Shown in pieces: positions 40,242-49,371 of a DNA stretch of 64,000 nucleotides (its first letter is position 1; the number at the start of each line of letters is the position of its first letter). The notes under the pieces are model-generated. The model did not search any database. It saw only the letters and a list, made by a program, of their open reading frames with translations, and was not told where the DNA came from. Source of the DNA: Flavobacteriales bacterium (GTDB lineage: Bacteria > Bacteroidota > Bacteroidia > Palsa-965); NCBI GenBank assembly GCA_040377305.1, contig JBEIPA010000013.1, positions 32,001-96,000 on the forward strand. The letters are read 5' to 3'. Position numbers and translations under genes: made by a program.

Positions 40242-41479
40242 ATCCGATTGAAGTTTGGTCGCAATGGGTGGGAATGAATGAAGCAGCACGCGTTGGGCTT
40301 ATTCATGCAGGAGAATCGCGCGGACAAGAAATACTTTCGTTTGAATACGATGCAAAGTGGATGAAGACACGTCATCACGTGCTTGATCCTTATTTGCAGT
40401 ATTATTCCGGGAAATTTTTTCCGCGCAGCGGTTCTGAAAGCTTTGGTTTGTTTCTCGATTCTTCTCCTGGAGATTGGGGACGCATGCTGCACAACAAATA
40501 CGAACAAGTGCTCGCGCGAAAAGAGAAACGCGAAGTAAGTAAGCTGCATGCATCCGGTTTTCTTGTGCGTGTATTCGATTACTATCGTCAGGGTGCATTG
40601 CGTTTCAGGTTTAACGCAAATGAAGAATTCGTAACGAGTGATGAACAATTCTTCCTGCCGACGTTTGCTTCGCTGAAAGAACTCGAACGTGCTAGTGTAA
40701 TTTGCAGCAACGAGCACGTCAATGACAAAGATTTTCCGACTGCAATAGAAGCACTTATTCATCCCGGCGGCGCGCTGGGAGGGAAGCGTCCGAAAGTAAA
40801 TGTGATTGACGACGAGTGGCAAATGTGGATGGCAAAATTCCCATCACCGCAAGATCAGTCTGACATTGGCGGTTGGGAATTTGTGGCACACACCTTGGCT
40901 GGACTCGCAGGAATAAATACGAGTTCAGTACTGCTGAAAAAATCGAACGCTCATCATCACACTTTTCTTTCGCAACGTTTCGATCGAAATCTGAAAGGAG
41001 AACGAATTCATTTTGCATCGGCCATGACTATGTTGGGTTATGCCAATGAAAATGATTCGCTGCAACGCGTAAGTTATCTCAACATGGCAGAGTTTCTCAT
41101 GCGGCATGGTTCAGATGTAAATCGCGATCTGGAAGAGTTGTGGAGAAGAATTGTGTTCAACATTGCAATCAGAAACACGGATGATCATTTACGTAATCAC
41201 GGTTTCTTGCTCAACGATCGTGGTTGGGAACTGTCACCTGCATTTGATCTGAATCCAACGGGTGGAGATTCACTTTCACTCAACATTTCGGAGAGCGACA
41301 GTTCATGCGATTTCGAACTCGCGATGCGTGTGGCGCCTTATTTCCGGATCAGCGACGCGCGTGCGAAGAGCATTATGCAGATTGTGAAAGTTGCAGTGGG
41401 GCAGTGGAGAAAAGTTGCGTCCGATGCCGGCCTTACAAAAGCCGAGATCGAACGCATGAGTAGTTCTTTTGAAAAGTAA
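40238..41479 (+). CDS. hipA: HipA-family kinase toxin
   Basis: LGGKRPK, AKFP, RFDR, NTDDHLRNHGF, LSPAFDLNP. Confidence 0.9.
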   Translation: MNPIEVWSQWVGMNEAARVGLIHAGESRGQEILSFEYDAKWMKTRHHVLDPYLQYYSGKFFPRSGSESFGLFLDSSPGDWGRMLHNKYEQVLARKEKREVSKLHASGFLVRVFDYYRQGALRFRFNANEEFVTSDEQFFLPTFASLKELERASVICSNEHVNDKDFPTAIEALIHPGGALGGKRPKVNVIDDEWQMWMAKFPSPQDQSDIGGWEFVAHTLAGLAGINTSSVLLKKSNAHHHTFLSQRFDRNLKGERIHFASAMTMLGYANENDSLQRVSYLNMAEFLMRHGSDVNRDLEELWRRIVFNIAIRNTDDHLRNHGFLLNDRGWELSPAFDLNPTGGDSLSLNISESDSSCDFELAMRVAPYFRISDARAKSIMQIVKVAVGQWRKVASDAGLTKAEIERMSSSFEK

Positions 41480-41488
41480 TCTGAACGA

Positions 41489-43099
41489 TTATGGATTTGC
41501 GCGCTGCAAATGACAGAACGCATTCATCTTACGTCCATCGCAGGCAGAAGTGAGAATGTAGTAGTATACACCTTCCACTAACTGTCCGCCGTCCCAATCG
41601 TTTTTGTAGTTGTCGCTCTTATATACTTCAGCGCCCCAACGATCGAATACTTGTAATCCCCAGCCGTCACCTGAAATGCATGAGAATGCGAGGAAATCGT
41701 TTTTGCCGTCTTTGTTGGGAGTGAATACGTTTACAAGATTGCACACATAGCTTTCACACGGATCGTATTCGCAGTCAGACCATACGCAGCAACTGCCTAG
41801 CCATGTTTTTGGTTGGTCAGTTAAGTCGCCGTTGAGATCAATCATGTACGAAGTGGTGTACACGAAATCAGGATCGGTTGCCACCATGGAATTTCCACTG
41901 CGCTTTACGCCGGTAAGTCCATATACTTTATGCGTTGCTCCGTCGGGGTTGTACGCATCATACTTAATCGCATCTGAGCTTGCCCATACGAGTTGTTCGC
42001 AACCGGCGTTAACTCCTGGAGTTGCATCGTCATCGTAAAAACCGAAATCAGCACCGCCTGAAGTATTCGCACAAATAGCATCGTCCAATCCGATAACGCC
42101 AATGTGTAACCAACGCTCGATGATCCACGAGCCGGTAGAATTTTCAAGAAGGTAAACGCGGCTATTGTGTGCCGACAAACTTGACATATCTATTTGAGAA
42201 CGCTCTGCGCAAAGCAAGTGTCCATCAACTGAAAAGTTGAGTGTAGAAATCACACAGCCTGGACCCAGCGGCGACCACTGACTTACGAAATCTTCGACCT
42301 GATACTCGAATTGTTCCGTGCCGGAGAAATTTCCATTGGCATCAAGAGCTACTGAATAAATGCAATTCTTGTCGCGCGGAGCTGCCGGCGCTGGTCCCGG
42401 AGTATACGCGTTACGGCACCAAACGCTAAAGAACAATCTGCAATTTCCTGCACCGTCTTTCGTAACGGCTACACCAAACGGCAGTTCACCGAGAGCAGCC
42501 CATCCGGCTGTACCATTATCTGCAGTGAAGGGATCGAAAGTGCTCAGGATATTTCCATTGAGATCGTAGCGATAAATTTTGCCGTCTTCGAAGTTGGTCA
42601 CGAAGAGTTGGTCGTTGTATTGATCGAAGTTGATGTTTCCAAGACCTGAGCCCGTATTCGGAATTTGCGTTGTGCTTGAACTGCTACCTGCATTCACAGT
42701 GGTCACAAAATCATCTACGCTCCAGTCCAAAGCATTCACGCGATAAATCCCCGCAGAACCTGCAGAACCTTGTATTACGCTTTGAATATTGTACGTACCG
42801 CATGCAGCAACATACATATTGCCGGAGCCATCAACGGTTATACCGAAAACGCTGCCCATACGAGATACTTTGAACTGATTCGGATCGGCCGAATTGCTCA
42901 GTAGCATATTGGTCATCGCCCAGTTGTTTCCCTGTGGTGCATTGACGACTACATCGCGTGTATCATACACGTTCAAACAGAGCTCGGAGGCTGTGTCGGA
43001 GGGATAGTGGGTCATTGCAGCCATTCCAATAAAGGAAGCGACCTGTGCTGGGAGGGAAAGTGTAATTGCAGAAACAAAGAGTAGTGTTGCGTAGCGCAT
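41489..43099 (-). CDS. Secreted beta-propeller-like protein with type B T9SS (CHU_C / gliding-motility-associated) C-terminal domain
   Basis: Start set at MRYATLL; NVFTPNKDGKND..VFDRWG..WDG..GVYYY. Confidence 0.85.
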   Translation of the reverse strand: MRYATLLFVSAITLSLPAQVASFIGMAAMTHYPSDTASELCLNVYDTRDVVVNAPQGNNWAMTNMLLSNSADPNQFKVSRMGSVFGITVDGSGNMYVAACGTYNIQSVIQGSAGSAGIYRVNALDWSVDDFVTTVNAGSSSSTTQIPNTGSGLGNINFDQYNDQLFVTNFEDGKIYRYDLNGNILSTFDPFTADNGTAGWAALGELPFGVAVTKDGAGNCRLFFSVWCRNAYTPGPAPAAPRDKNCIYSVALDANGNFSGTEQFEYQVEDFVSQWSPLGPGCVISTLNFSVDGHLLCAERSQIDMSSLSAHNSRVYLLENSTGSWIIERWLHIGVIGLDDAICANTSGGADFGFYDDDATPGVNAGCEQLVWASSDAIKYDAYNPDGATHKVYGLTGVKRSGNSMVATDPDFVYTTSYMIDLNGDLTDQPKTWLGSCCVWSDCEYDPCESYVCNLVNVFTPNKDGKNDFLAFSCISGDGWGLQVFDRWGAEVYKSDNYKNDWDGGQLVEGVYYYILTSACDGRKMNAFCHLQRANP

Positions 43100-43284
43100 A
43101 ACTCGGATTTTGATGATACTAAAGTCGGAAAAAGAGGAATGCAGAAATAATGTACTTGCCGGTAATCTTACGAGGTCAAGACCCCATTTGGTTACACCGC
43201 AACGCATGTTTCTGAAGAATAGTGTACCCAAATATTGGGATGATTAAACATTCACGGGGGTAAAGACAGTGAAAAGCACAAAAA

Positions 43285-45204
43285 TCAGATTTCCGCACCC
43301 AGGATGAGAATGTCGTCGGGTTGCTCGAGTTTGTTGCTGTGTTCGCTGATGTACTTGTCGATTTCAGATTGAGATTTCAGGGCTGCCAGTAGATCATACA
43401 CATGACGCTGGTCGGAACCCGGGAGGGAAGTCAACCCATCGCTAAACAGGAATAGCTTATCAGACTTCTGCAGTTCCACAGAATTTCTCGTGAAGGGATT
43501 TACCGTTCCGCTCACCGAACCCGCACGTTGTTCTGCACCACGATATTCAATCACCTGATTTTTGCGCACCAGAATCACCGGCATTCCCGCAGAAGAGAAA
43601 TGCATTTCTGTTTTCTCCTTGTTGAATCTGCAAACAGCAATTTCAATGGTATCAGAAACGAGTGGAGTACTTTCCGCAATGCCGTCGTGTTGCAATGCAC
43701 CGCGCACTTTCATGTTGAGCTCATAAAGAATTTCTTCGGGTGCATGAACTTTGTTCTCAATCACAATTCCGTTGAGGAAAGAAGCTGCCATTACACTCAT
43801 GAATCCGCCAGGCACTCCATGGCCGGAGCAATCGCCAAGCGCAATGAAATAGTCGGATTCGGTTTCTGCAATCCACCAGAAGTCGCCACTAACAATTGAG
43901 CGAGGTCGATTATATAGAAATCCTTTCGGAAAAATGGCCTTCAGCTGGCTTTCGATCGGAGTAACCGCTTCCTGAATTCTTCTTGCGTAGTTAATACTAT
44001 CGGTGATGTCTTTGTTCTTCGATTCTATGATTGCTTTCTGCTGTTCGAGAACAAGTCCTGCTTTCTTCCCCATTTTAATTCGTCCGAACAAAAGAATGGC
44101 AATCACAATGAATCCAACCGATGAAACAATTCCGCCTGCAACATAAATTTTCTGTTGACGATCATCTTCTTCCGCAATGGCAAGTGCCTTCTCCGTTTTT
44201 TCTTTGTCGTAGAGCGTTTCCAGATTCTTGATGTTTTGCTGATTCTTTGTGCTGAGAATACTGTCTTTCAAAGACTGATAGCTCGTATAGTATTCAAGCG
44301 CGAGTTTATCGTTGCCGGATGCTTCATACAACTCAGCAATACGTCGTAGTTGGTTCATGCGCGAATCACGAACATTTAAACGAGTTGAAATGCTCAAAGC
44401 AGAGTCCATGGCGCTTAATGCCGCCGGATAATTTTTCTGAAATTCCCGCAGCTCAGAAAGCGAAAGCCAGAGTGCCATCATGTCATACGGATTCTCTTCG
44501 TTGCGCGCAATCACGAAAGCTGCATTCATCAGTGAATCTGATGTCTTAATATTCCCTTCCGTCGCCAGACAATATGCTGTTCCGGCCATATTTGCAGCGA
44601 TCCAGTGTTTGAGATCATATTTCTCCGCTGCAAGCAGTCCTTCATGGAAATATTCTTTGGCGAGAAGAAAACTATCTACTTCAATGTTGTGGCGACCCAG
44701 AAAATTCGCGATGGGAGCAATTCCGCTCTGGTCGTCTCCTGCGCGATAAAATGCGTAGGCCATGCGTTGGTATTTCAGGCTGAGTTCAAGACTGTCCATC
44801 GATTCGTAGACAAGTGCGAGGTTATGATAGGATCCGCCAACATCACTCGGGTCAGCGTCCGACCCGTCTTTAAGACGTATGGATTGCAGATGCGCATTGA
44901 TGGCTTCCGGATAACGACCCATATCGGCATAAATAGTTCCGGCTACGTTTTGTGCAGCGGCTTCTCCCAATACATTGCCTTGCTCGCGGGCAATGGCAAG
45001 AGCACGATTGACAATCACCAGTCCGGTGTCCAGATCGTGGTAGCTGATGTCCCACGCAAGCGCAGTCAGCGCAACTACAATCTGCGAATCGGATTCGTTC
45101 AGCGTTAACAGCAACTTTGAAAGCGAATCAATGTCCTTCTTGTCCTGTGCCTGCAAGCTTGCGACAGAAAAAATCAGAAGGAATATGTAAATCAGCTTCT
45201 TCAT
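43285..45204 (-). CDS. TPR sensor with divergent PP2C/SpoIIE domain
   Basis: Signal peptide, TPRs, TM; VSGDF, DCSGHG, FSDG, PDD retained; DGMD and DQFGG altered or absent. Confidence 0.88.
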   Translation of the reverse strand: MKKLIYIFLLIFSVASLQAQDKKDIDSLSKLLLTLNESDSQIVVALTALAWDISYHDLDTGLVIVNRALAIAREQGNVLGEAAAQNVAGTIYADMGRYPEAINAHLQSIRLKDGSDADPSDVGGSYHNLALVYESMDSLELSLKYQRMAYAFYRAGDDQSGIAPIANFLGRHNIEVDSFLLAKEYFHEGLLAAEKYDLKHWIAANMAGTAYCLATEGNIKTSDSLMNAAFVIARNEENPYDMMALWLSLSELREFQKNYPAALSAMDSALSISTRLNVRDSRMNQLRRIAELYEASGNDKLALEYYTSYQSLKDSILSTKNQQNIKNLETLYDKEKTEKALAIAEEDDRQQKIYVAGGIVSSVGFIVIAILLFGRIKMGKKAGLVLEQQKAIIESKNKDITDSINYARRIQEAVTPIESQLKAIFPKGFLYNRPRSIVSGDFWWIAETESDYFIALGDCSGHGVPGGFMSVMAASFLNGIVIENKVHAPEEILYELNMKVRGALQHDGIAESTPLVSDTIEIAVCRFNKEKTEMHFSSAGMPVILVRKNQVIEYRGAEQRAGSVSGTVNPFTRNSVELQKSDKLFLFSDGLTSLPGSDQRHVYDLLAALKSQSEIDKYISEHSNKLEQPDDILILGAEI

Positions 45205-45357
45205 ATTCTGATTCCTATTACGAGAACGTCATCGATGCCGACGAAGGCACCGCCTTGTCGGCATCGTGACTTCGAGTGAGCCAAAACAATATTCAGGACG
45301 TTCTCTTGATGTGTTCGCATGGTTATATTCTGATTCCTATTACGAGAACGTCATCGA
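45203..45357. repeat. 33-bp perfect direct repeat (gene 3' end) bracketing an 89-bp structured insert
   Basis: atattctgattcctattacgagaacgtcatcga at 45203-45235 and 45325-45357. Confidence 0.92.
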
Positions 45358-47287
45358 CCTGTTCATGCGAACCTTTCCATTCGCTGAAACGTTCATTGAG
45401 GATGCGTTGCTGTTCGTTGCAACTCTTGTCCGCAACCGTGCAGAGAATATCCCGCAGCTGTTTGTACTTCAGTTTTTTTCCTTGCGGGCCACCAAACTGA
45501 TCGGCATAACCATCGCTGAAGATGTAGATCATGTCGCCCGGTTCGCAATCGTGTTCGAGCAAAGTAAAAGGACGCACATCGCCCACGTATTCTCCAACCG
45601 GAAATTTATCGGCGCGGTATTCAATCACCTGATTTTTCCGGATTACCCAAAGTGGATTCATTGCGCAGGCAAAACGAAGTTTTTTCCTGTCGTTCGAGAA
45701 AGAGCACATCACCATATCCATTCCGTCTTTCAGGCCGGAGTTTTGGCCGCCAGAACGATTAAGAGCGGTGATCACTTTATCGCGTAGTTGGTTGAGAATT
45801 TCAGCCGGAGAAGAAACTTTTCGTTCCGTAATAATTTCGAAAAGAAACACGCTACCAAGCATGCTCATGAATCCACCAGGAACTCCGTGGCCGGTGCTAT
45901 CCGCTCCGGCGAGGAAAAATTCTCCATCCTGTTCGCTGCACCACCAGAAATCGCCGCTCACAATATCTTTCGCACGAGACAACACAAACGCATCAGTGAA
46001 GTTTCGGGTGAGCTGTTCGATCGAAGGTACTACGGCATCCTGAATGCGGCTTGCGTAGTTAATGCTGTCGGTAATGTCCTGATTTTTCTCTTCGATAAGC
46101 TGGCTTTGGCGTGCCGTTTCCTGATTCGTTTCCTTGCGGAATTTGTTTCGCTTGTAAAGCATGACTACAAGAAAAACCAGCACGATGAAAGCGATGATAA
46201 TTGCAATCAGGAACCATTGACGGGTATCAGCTTTACTGCTGAATAGCTCGAGTTGTTGTTTCTGTTTGTCGCTTTCAAACTTTGCTTCAAGATTGCGCTG
46301 GTGATTCAGGACGTCGTCGTTTACAATTGAATCGCGAAGCAGCATGTATTTTTTCAGGTAGAGGAGAGCGCTGTCGTATTGTTGCTCAGTCTGGTAAGCC
46401 GCGGCCAGATTGCTATACAGATCAACCACTTCTTCGCGAACACCAATCTGGCTGAAGATATTGAGGCACTGGTGCATGTATCTGATTGCACTTCTGTTTT
46501 GATTGCGGTACAGAAGAATTGCAATCTGGTTCGACATGATCTGTGCACGGGAGTATTCGTCATCCAGTGTGTCGATCATTTCCCATGCGCGGTTGATGCA
46601 AAAATCAGAGCTGTCTTCGTTGCTCATACGCGCATAACAAACGCCCAAAGCACTCCATGACATCGCCTCCACAATGCTCTCTCCCATTTTTGCTGCAAGC
46701 TGTTGAGATTTTGAGAAAGTAATTTTCGCTTCATCGAAATAGCCGGTGCGCATATACAAGGAGCCGAGGTTGACGTATGCAACGGAAAGTCCCCGTTCAT
46801 AGCCCGCTTGTTCGTAAATGTCAACAGCACGCTGCAAGGTGGAGCTCGTCATTGCCGTATCGCCCATCGATGAATACACGAGCGACATATTCATGTATGC
46901 TGTACCCGTACGACGAGGATCACCAAATTTCTCTGCTTCTTCCAGGCCCTCAATGTGTGCAGCGAGCGCTTCGTCGAACTCACCCATGTCGTTGTAGGTG
47001 GCGCCGAGAGTATTGAGACACATTATTTTTCCCAATGGGTAATTAATTTTCTTTGCAACCTTCAGTCCCTCTTGCGCATATTCAATACCCAGGGTGAGAT
47101 TGTAGTATGCGGTGTCCCACGCAACGCGATTGAAGTAGAGCACTTTTAAGGTGTCATCGGGAAGTGCTTGCAGATCGGCAACTGAACGTTTAGACGGAGC
47201 ATCCACTTTTGGCATTTGTGCACGCACTGGTATTGTTGCAAATAGCAGCAGCGAAAGCAGAATAGAAGCGCGGATGACCTGTGGCAT
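45323..47287 (-). CDS. TPR sensor with PP2C/SpoIIE phosphatase
   Basis: Signal peptide, TPRs, TM; VSGDF, DSTGHG, DGMD, SDGYADQFGG, VDDV. Confidence 0.9.
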   Translation of the reverse strand: MPQVIRASILLSLLLFATIPVRAQMPKVDAPSKRSVADLQALPDDTLKVLYFNRVAWDTAYYNLTLGIEYAQEGLKVAKKINYPLGKIMCLNTLGATYNDMGEFDEALAAHIEGLEEAEKFGDPRRTGTAYMNMSLVYSSMGDTAMTSSTLQRAVDIYEQAGYERGLSVAYVNLGSLYMRTGYFDEAKITFSKSQQLAAKMGESIVEAMSWSALGVCYARMSNEDSSDFCINRAWEMIDTLDDEYSRAQIMSNQIAILLYRNQNRSAIRYMHQCLNIFSQIGVREEVVDLYSNLAAAYQTEQQYDSALLYLKKYMLLRDSIVNDDVLNHQRNLEAKFESDKQKQQLELFSSKADTRQWFLIAIIIAFIVLVFLVVMLYKRNKFRKETNQETARQSQLIEEKNQDITDSINYASRIQDAVVPSIEQLTRNFTDAFVLSRAKDIVSGDFWWCSEQDGEFFLAGADSTGHGVPGGFMSMLGSVFLFEIITERKVSSPAEILNQLRDKVITALNRSGGQNSGLKDGMDMVMCSFSNDRKKLRFACAMNPLWVIRKNQVIEYRADKFPVGEYVGDVRPFTLLEHDCEPGDMIYIFSDGYADQFGGPQGKKLKYKQLRDILCTVADKSCNEQQRILNERFSEWKGSHEQVDDVLVIGIRI

Positions 47288-47316
47288 TCTGTCAAATGTA
47301 CAATTAAGTGTAGCGG

Positions 47317-47462
47317 AATCCCATTACGAGAACGTCATCCATGCTGACGAAGGACAAGCCTTGTCGGCATGGTGACTTCGAGTGAGCAAAATAAGTGTAC
47401 TGGACGCTCTCGTTCAAAGGTTCATTTTTAAAATCTAAATCCCATAACGAGAACGTCATCCA
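47317..47462. repeat. 25-bp direct repeat (1 mismatch; gene 3' end) bracketing a homologous structured insert
   Basis: aatcccat(t/a)acgagaacgtcatcca at 47317-47341 and 47438-47462; insert similar to 45236-45324. Confidence 0.9.
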
Positions 47463-49371
47463 CCTGCTCAAGATCCCCTCTCCATGCGTCAAATTCTTTG
47501 ACCAACCCGGCTTCCTGATTCATCATCGGTTCTTGCGCGTTCTGAAGCATGAATTCCCGCAGGCGTTTCTGCTTGTATTTTTTTCCTTTGTGGCCACCAA
47601 ACTGATCAGCGAATCCATCTGTGCTGAGATAAACACTGTCTCCTTTCTGCAGCGTAATTTCAAATTCGGTGAAAGGATCGGGTTGTGTGGTATGGCTCAA
47701 TCCTACCGGAAATTTATCCGGTCCGTGAATTTGCAGGGTGCCGTCGCGTATGTGTACAAGTGCATTATTCGCACAGGCAAAACGAAGACGACCGGAGTTG
47801 TTCAATGCGCACAACACAACATCCATTCCGTCTCGCGCCTCCTCGTTGCCTTCACGATTAAGCGAACTGATTACGTTGTGACGAACTTCATTGAGTAATT
47901 GAGCCGGACTTGTGTTCTCATGTTCTGCAAGTGCACGGTTGAGCAAGTTGATGTTGAGCAATGACATGAAAGCCCCAGGAACTCCGTGTCCAGTGCAATC
48001 AGCGACTGCGAAATAGAATTCATCCTCATGTTCTGCGCACCACCAGAAATCGCCGGAGACAATATCCTTCGGCTTGTACAGAATAAAATTCTCCGGAAGA
48101 TGCGTGTTCACCATCGTGCGTGAACCCAACAATGCCGTCTGAATTCTTCGCGCGTAGTTGATACTATCGAGGATACTTCTGTTCTGATCTTCGATTGCAT
48201 CGTATGCCTGTTTCAGTTCCACGTTTTTCAGTCGGTGAATTTCCGCTTGCTGATCGGCTTGGGCGGTAGCATGTTTCTGCTGCATTGATTTGATGCGAGT
48301 CGTCACTTCTTCACCAGTGATTTCCGCTTTGATTCGGTAACCGGTTTCGAGGTGGTCGAGGGCATTCTTGAAATCTGCTTTCGCTTTGTACAGTTCTGAC
48401 AGCAATGTGTGACACACGATTATTTTCTGCTTCAAACCGCCTTCAGCGCTGATCATTAATGCATCCTGAAGCAATTGCTCGGCCGGTCCAAAATCCGTTT
48501 GGGCGATATGAATTCTGGCGAGTTCAATTTCAGATGTAATAATCCCCGGCCAGTACTTTAGATTTTTACGGATGTTCAGCGCTTCTTCCAGGGAAAGTTT
48601 GGCTTTGGTGTTGTCTCCGCGTTTGGAGTAGATTACACCAAGATCATTTAGGACACGACTGATCGCAGTCTGGTGCCCGGTGCTCCGATATCCGGTGAGC
48701 GCTTCTTCATTTAATGCAATGGCCTCGTCGAATTCGTTACGCGCAATGTGAATGGATGCTATTCCGGAATTGATGCGTGCCAGTTGGTAATTGAGCATAT
48801 GTTTTGTCGCCACTTCCTTCGCGTGCAAAAAATAGTTCATTGCATTATCGAACTCCTGCATGTCGGAATGAAAAACACCCAACTGAAAATCAGACCACCC
48901 TATACTTTCGGGATCAAATTTCTCTGAAAGCTTGCGGGCTTCATACGCCAGTGCAAATGCTTTTTCACGCTCACCGTTCGACCAGCAGTTGAAAGCAAAC
49001 ATCTGCTTTGCAATAGCCGCTGCGAAAGATCCTGGTGCGAGACTCAGCAGTTGTTCTGCATGTTCAAACTCGGCAATTGCATCTTTCTGCCTGTTCTGCT
49101 GACGGTAATAAAAGGCAATGTAGAGTCGTGCGAAAGCTTCCAGTGTGGGATCATTTTCCCGTTGTCCCTGCGCGGCTAATTCAGAACTGAGTTTGTAGCA
49201 TTCTTCAAAAAGATAATCCGATGCGCTGGTAAGGAAGATAATCTTTATCGCCAGTTTATCTTCTTCCCCGGGGATTTCATCCAGACGATTGTTCAGCCAC
49301 TCTATAGAGAAGTACATCGGTTTGTTTAACCGTACTGCATTTCCCAATGCGCTCTGAACGCGATCGGCCAT
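47428..49371 (-). CDS. Cytoplasmic TPR protein with PP2C/SpoIIE phosphatase
   Basis: No signal peptide or TM evident; TPRs; full PP2C motifs; start overlaps kbl stop (TAATG). Confidence 0.9.
   Translation of the reverse strand: MADRVQSALGNAVRLNKPMYFSIEWLNNRLDEIPGEEDKLAIKIIFLTSASDYLFEECYKLSSELAAQGQRENDPTLEAFARLYIAFYYRQQNRQKDAIAEFEHAEQLLSLAPGSFAAAIAKQMFAFNCWSNGEREKAFALAYEARKLSEKFDPESIGWSDFQLGVFHSDMQEFDNAMNYFLHAKEVATKHMLNYQLARINSGIASIHIARNEFDEAIALNEEALTGYRSTGHQTAISRVLNDLGVIYSKRGDNTKAKLSLEEALNIRKNLKYWPGIITSEIELARIHIAQTDFGPAEQLLQDALMISAEGGLKQKIIVCHTLLSELYKAKADFKNALDHLETGYRIKAEITGEEVTTRIKSMQQKHATAQADQQAEIHRLKNVELKQAYDAIEDQNRSILDSINYARRIQTALLGSRTMVNTHLPENFILYKPKDIVSGDFWWCAEHEDEFYFAVADCTGHGVPGAFMSLLNINLLNRALAEHENTSPAQLLNEVRHNVISSLNREGNEEARDGMDVVLCALNNSGRLRFACANNALVHIRDGTLQIHGPDKFPVGLSHTTQPDPFTEFEITLQKGDSVYLSTDGFADQFGGHKGKKYKQKRLREFMLQNAQEPMMNQEAGLVKEFDAWRGDLEQVDDVLVMGFRF

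Noticed and set aside
39800-41490. Prophage or integrative island around hipBA
   Set aside because: No integrase, att repeats or phage genes seen
45203-47462. CRISPR mini-arrays or a diversity-generating retroelement (TR/VR pair)
   Set aside because: Only two copies per site, the inserts are homologous rather than unique spacers, there is no cas or reverse transcriptase gene, and the differences are not adenine-specific
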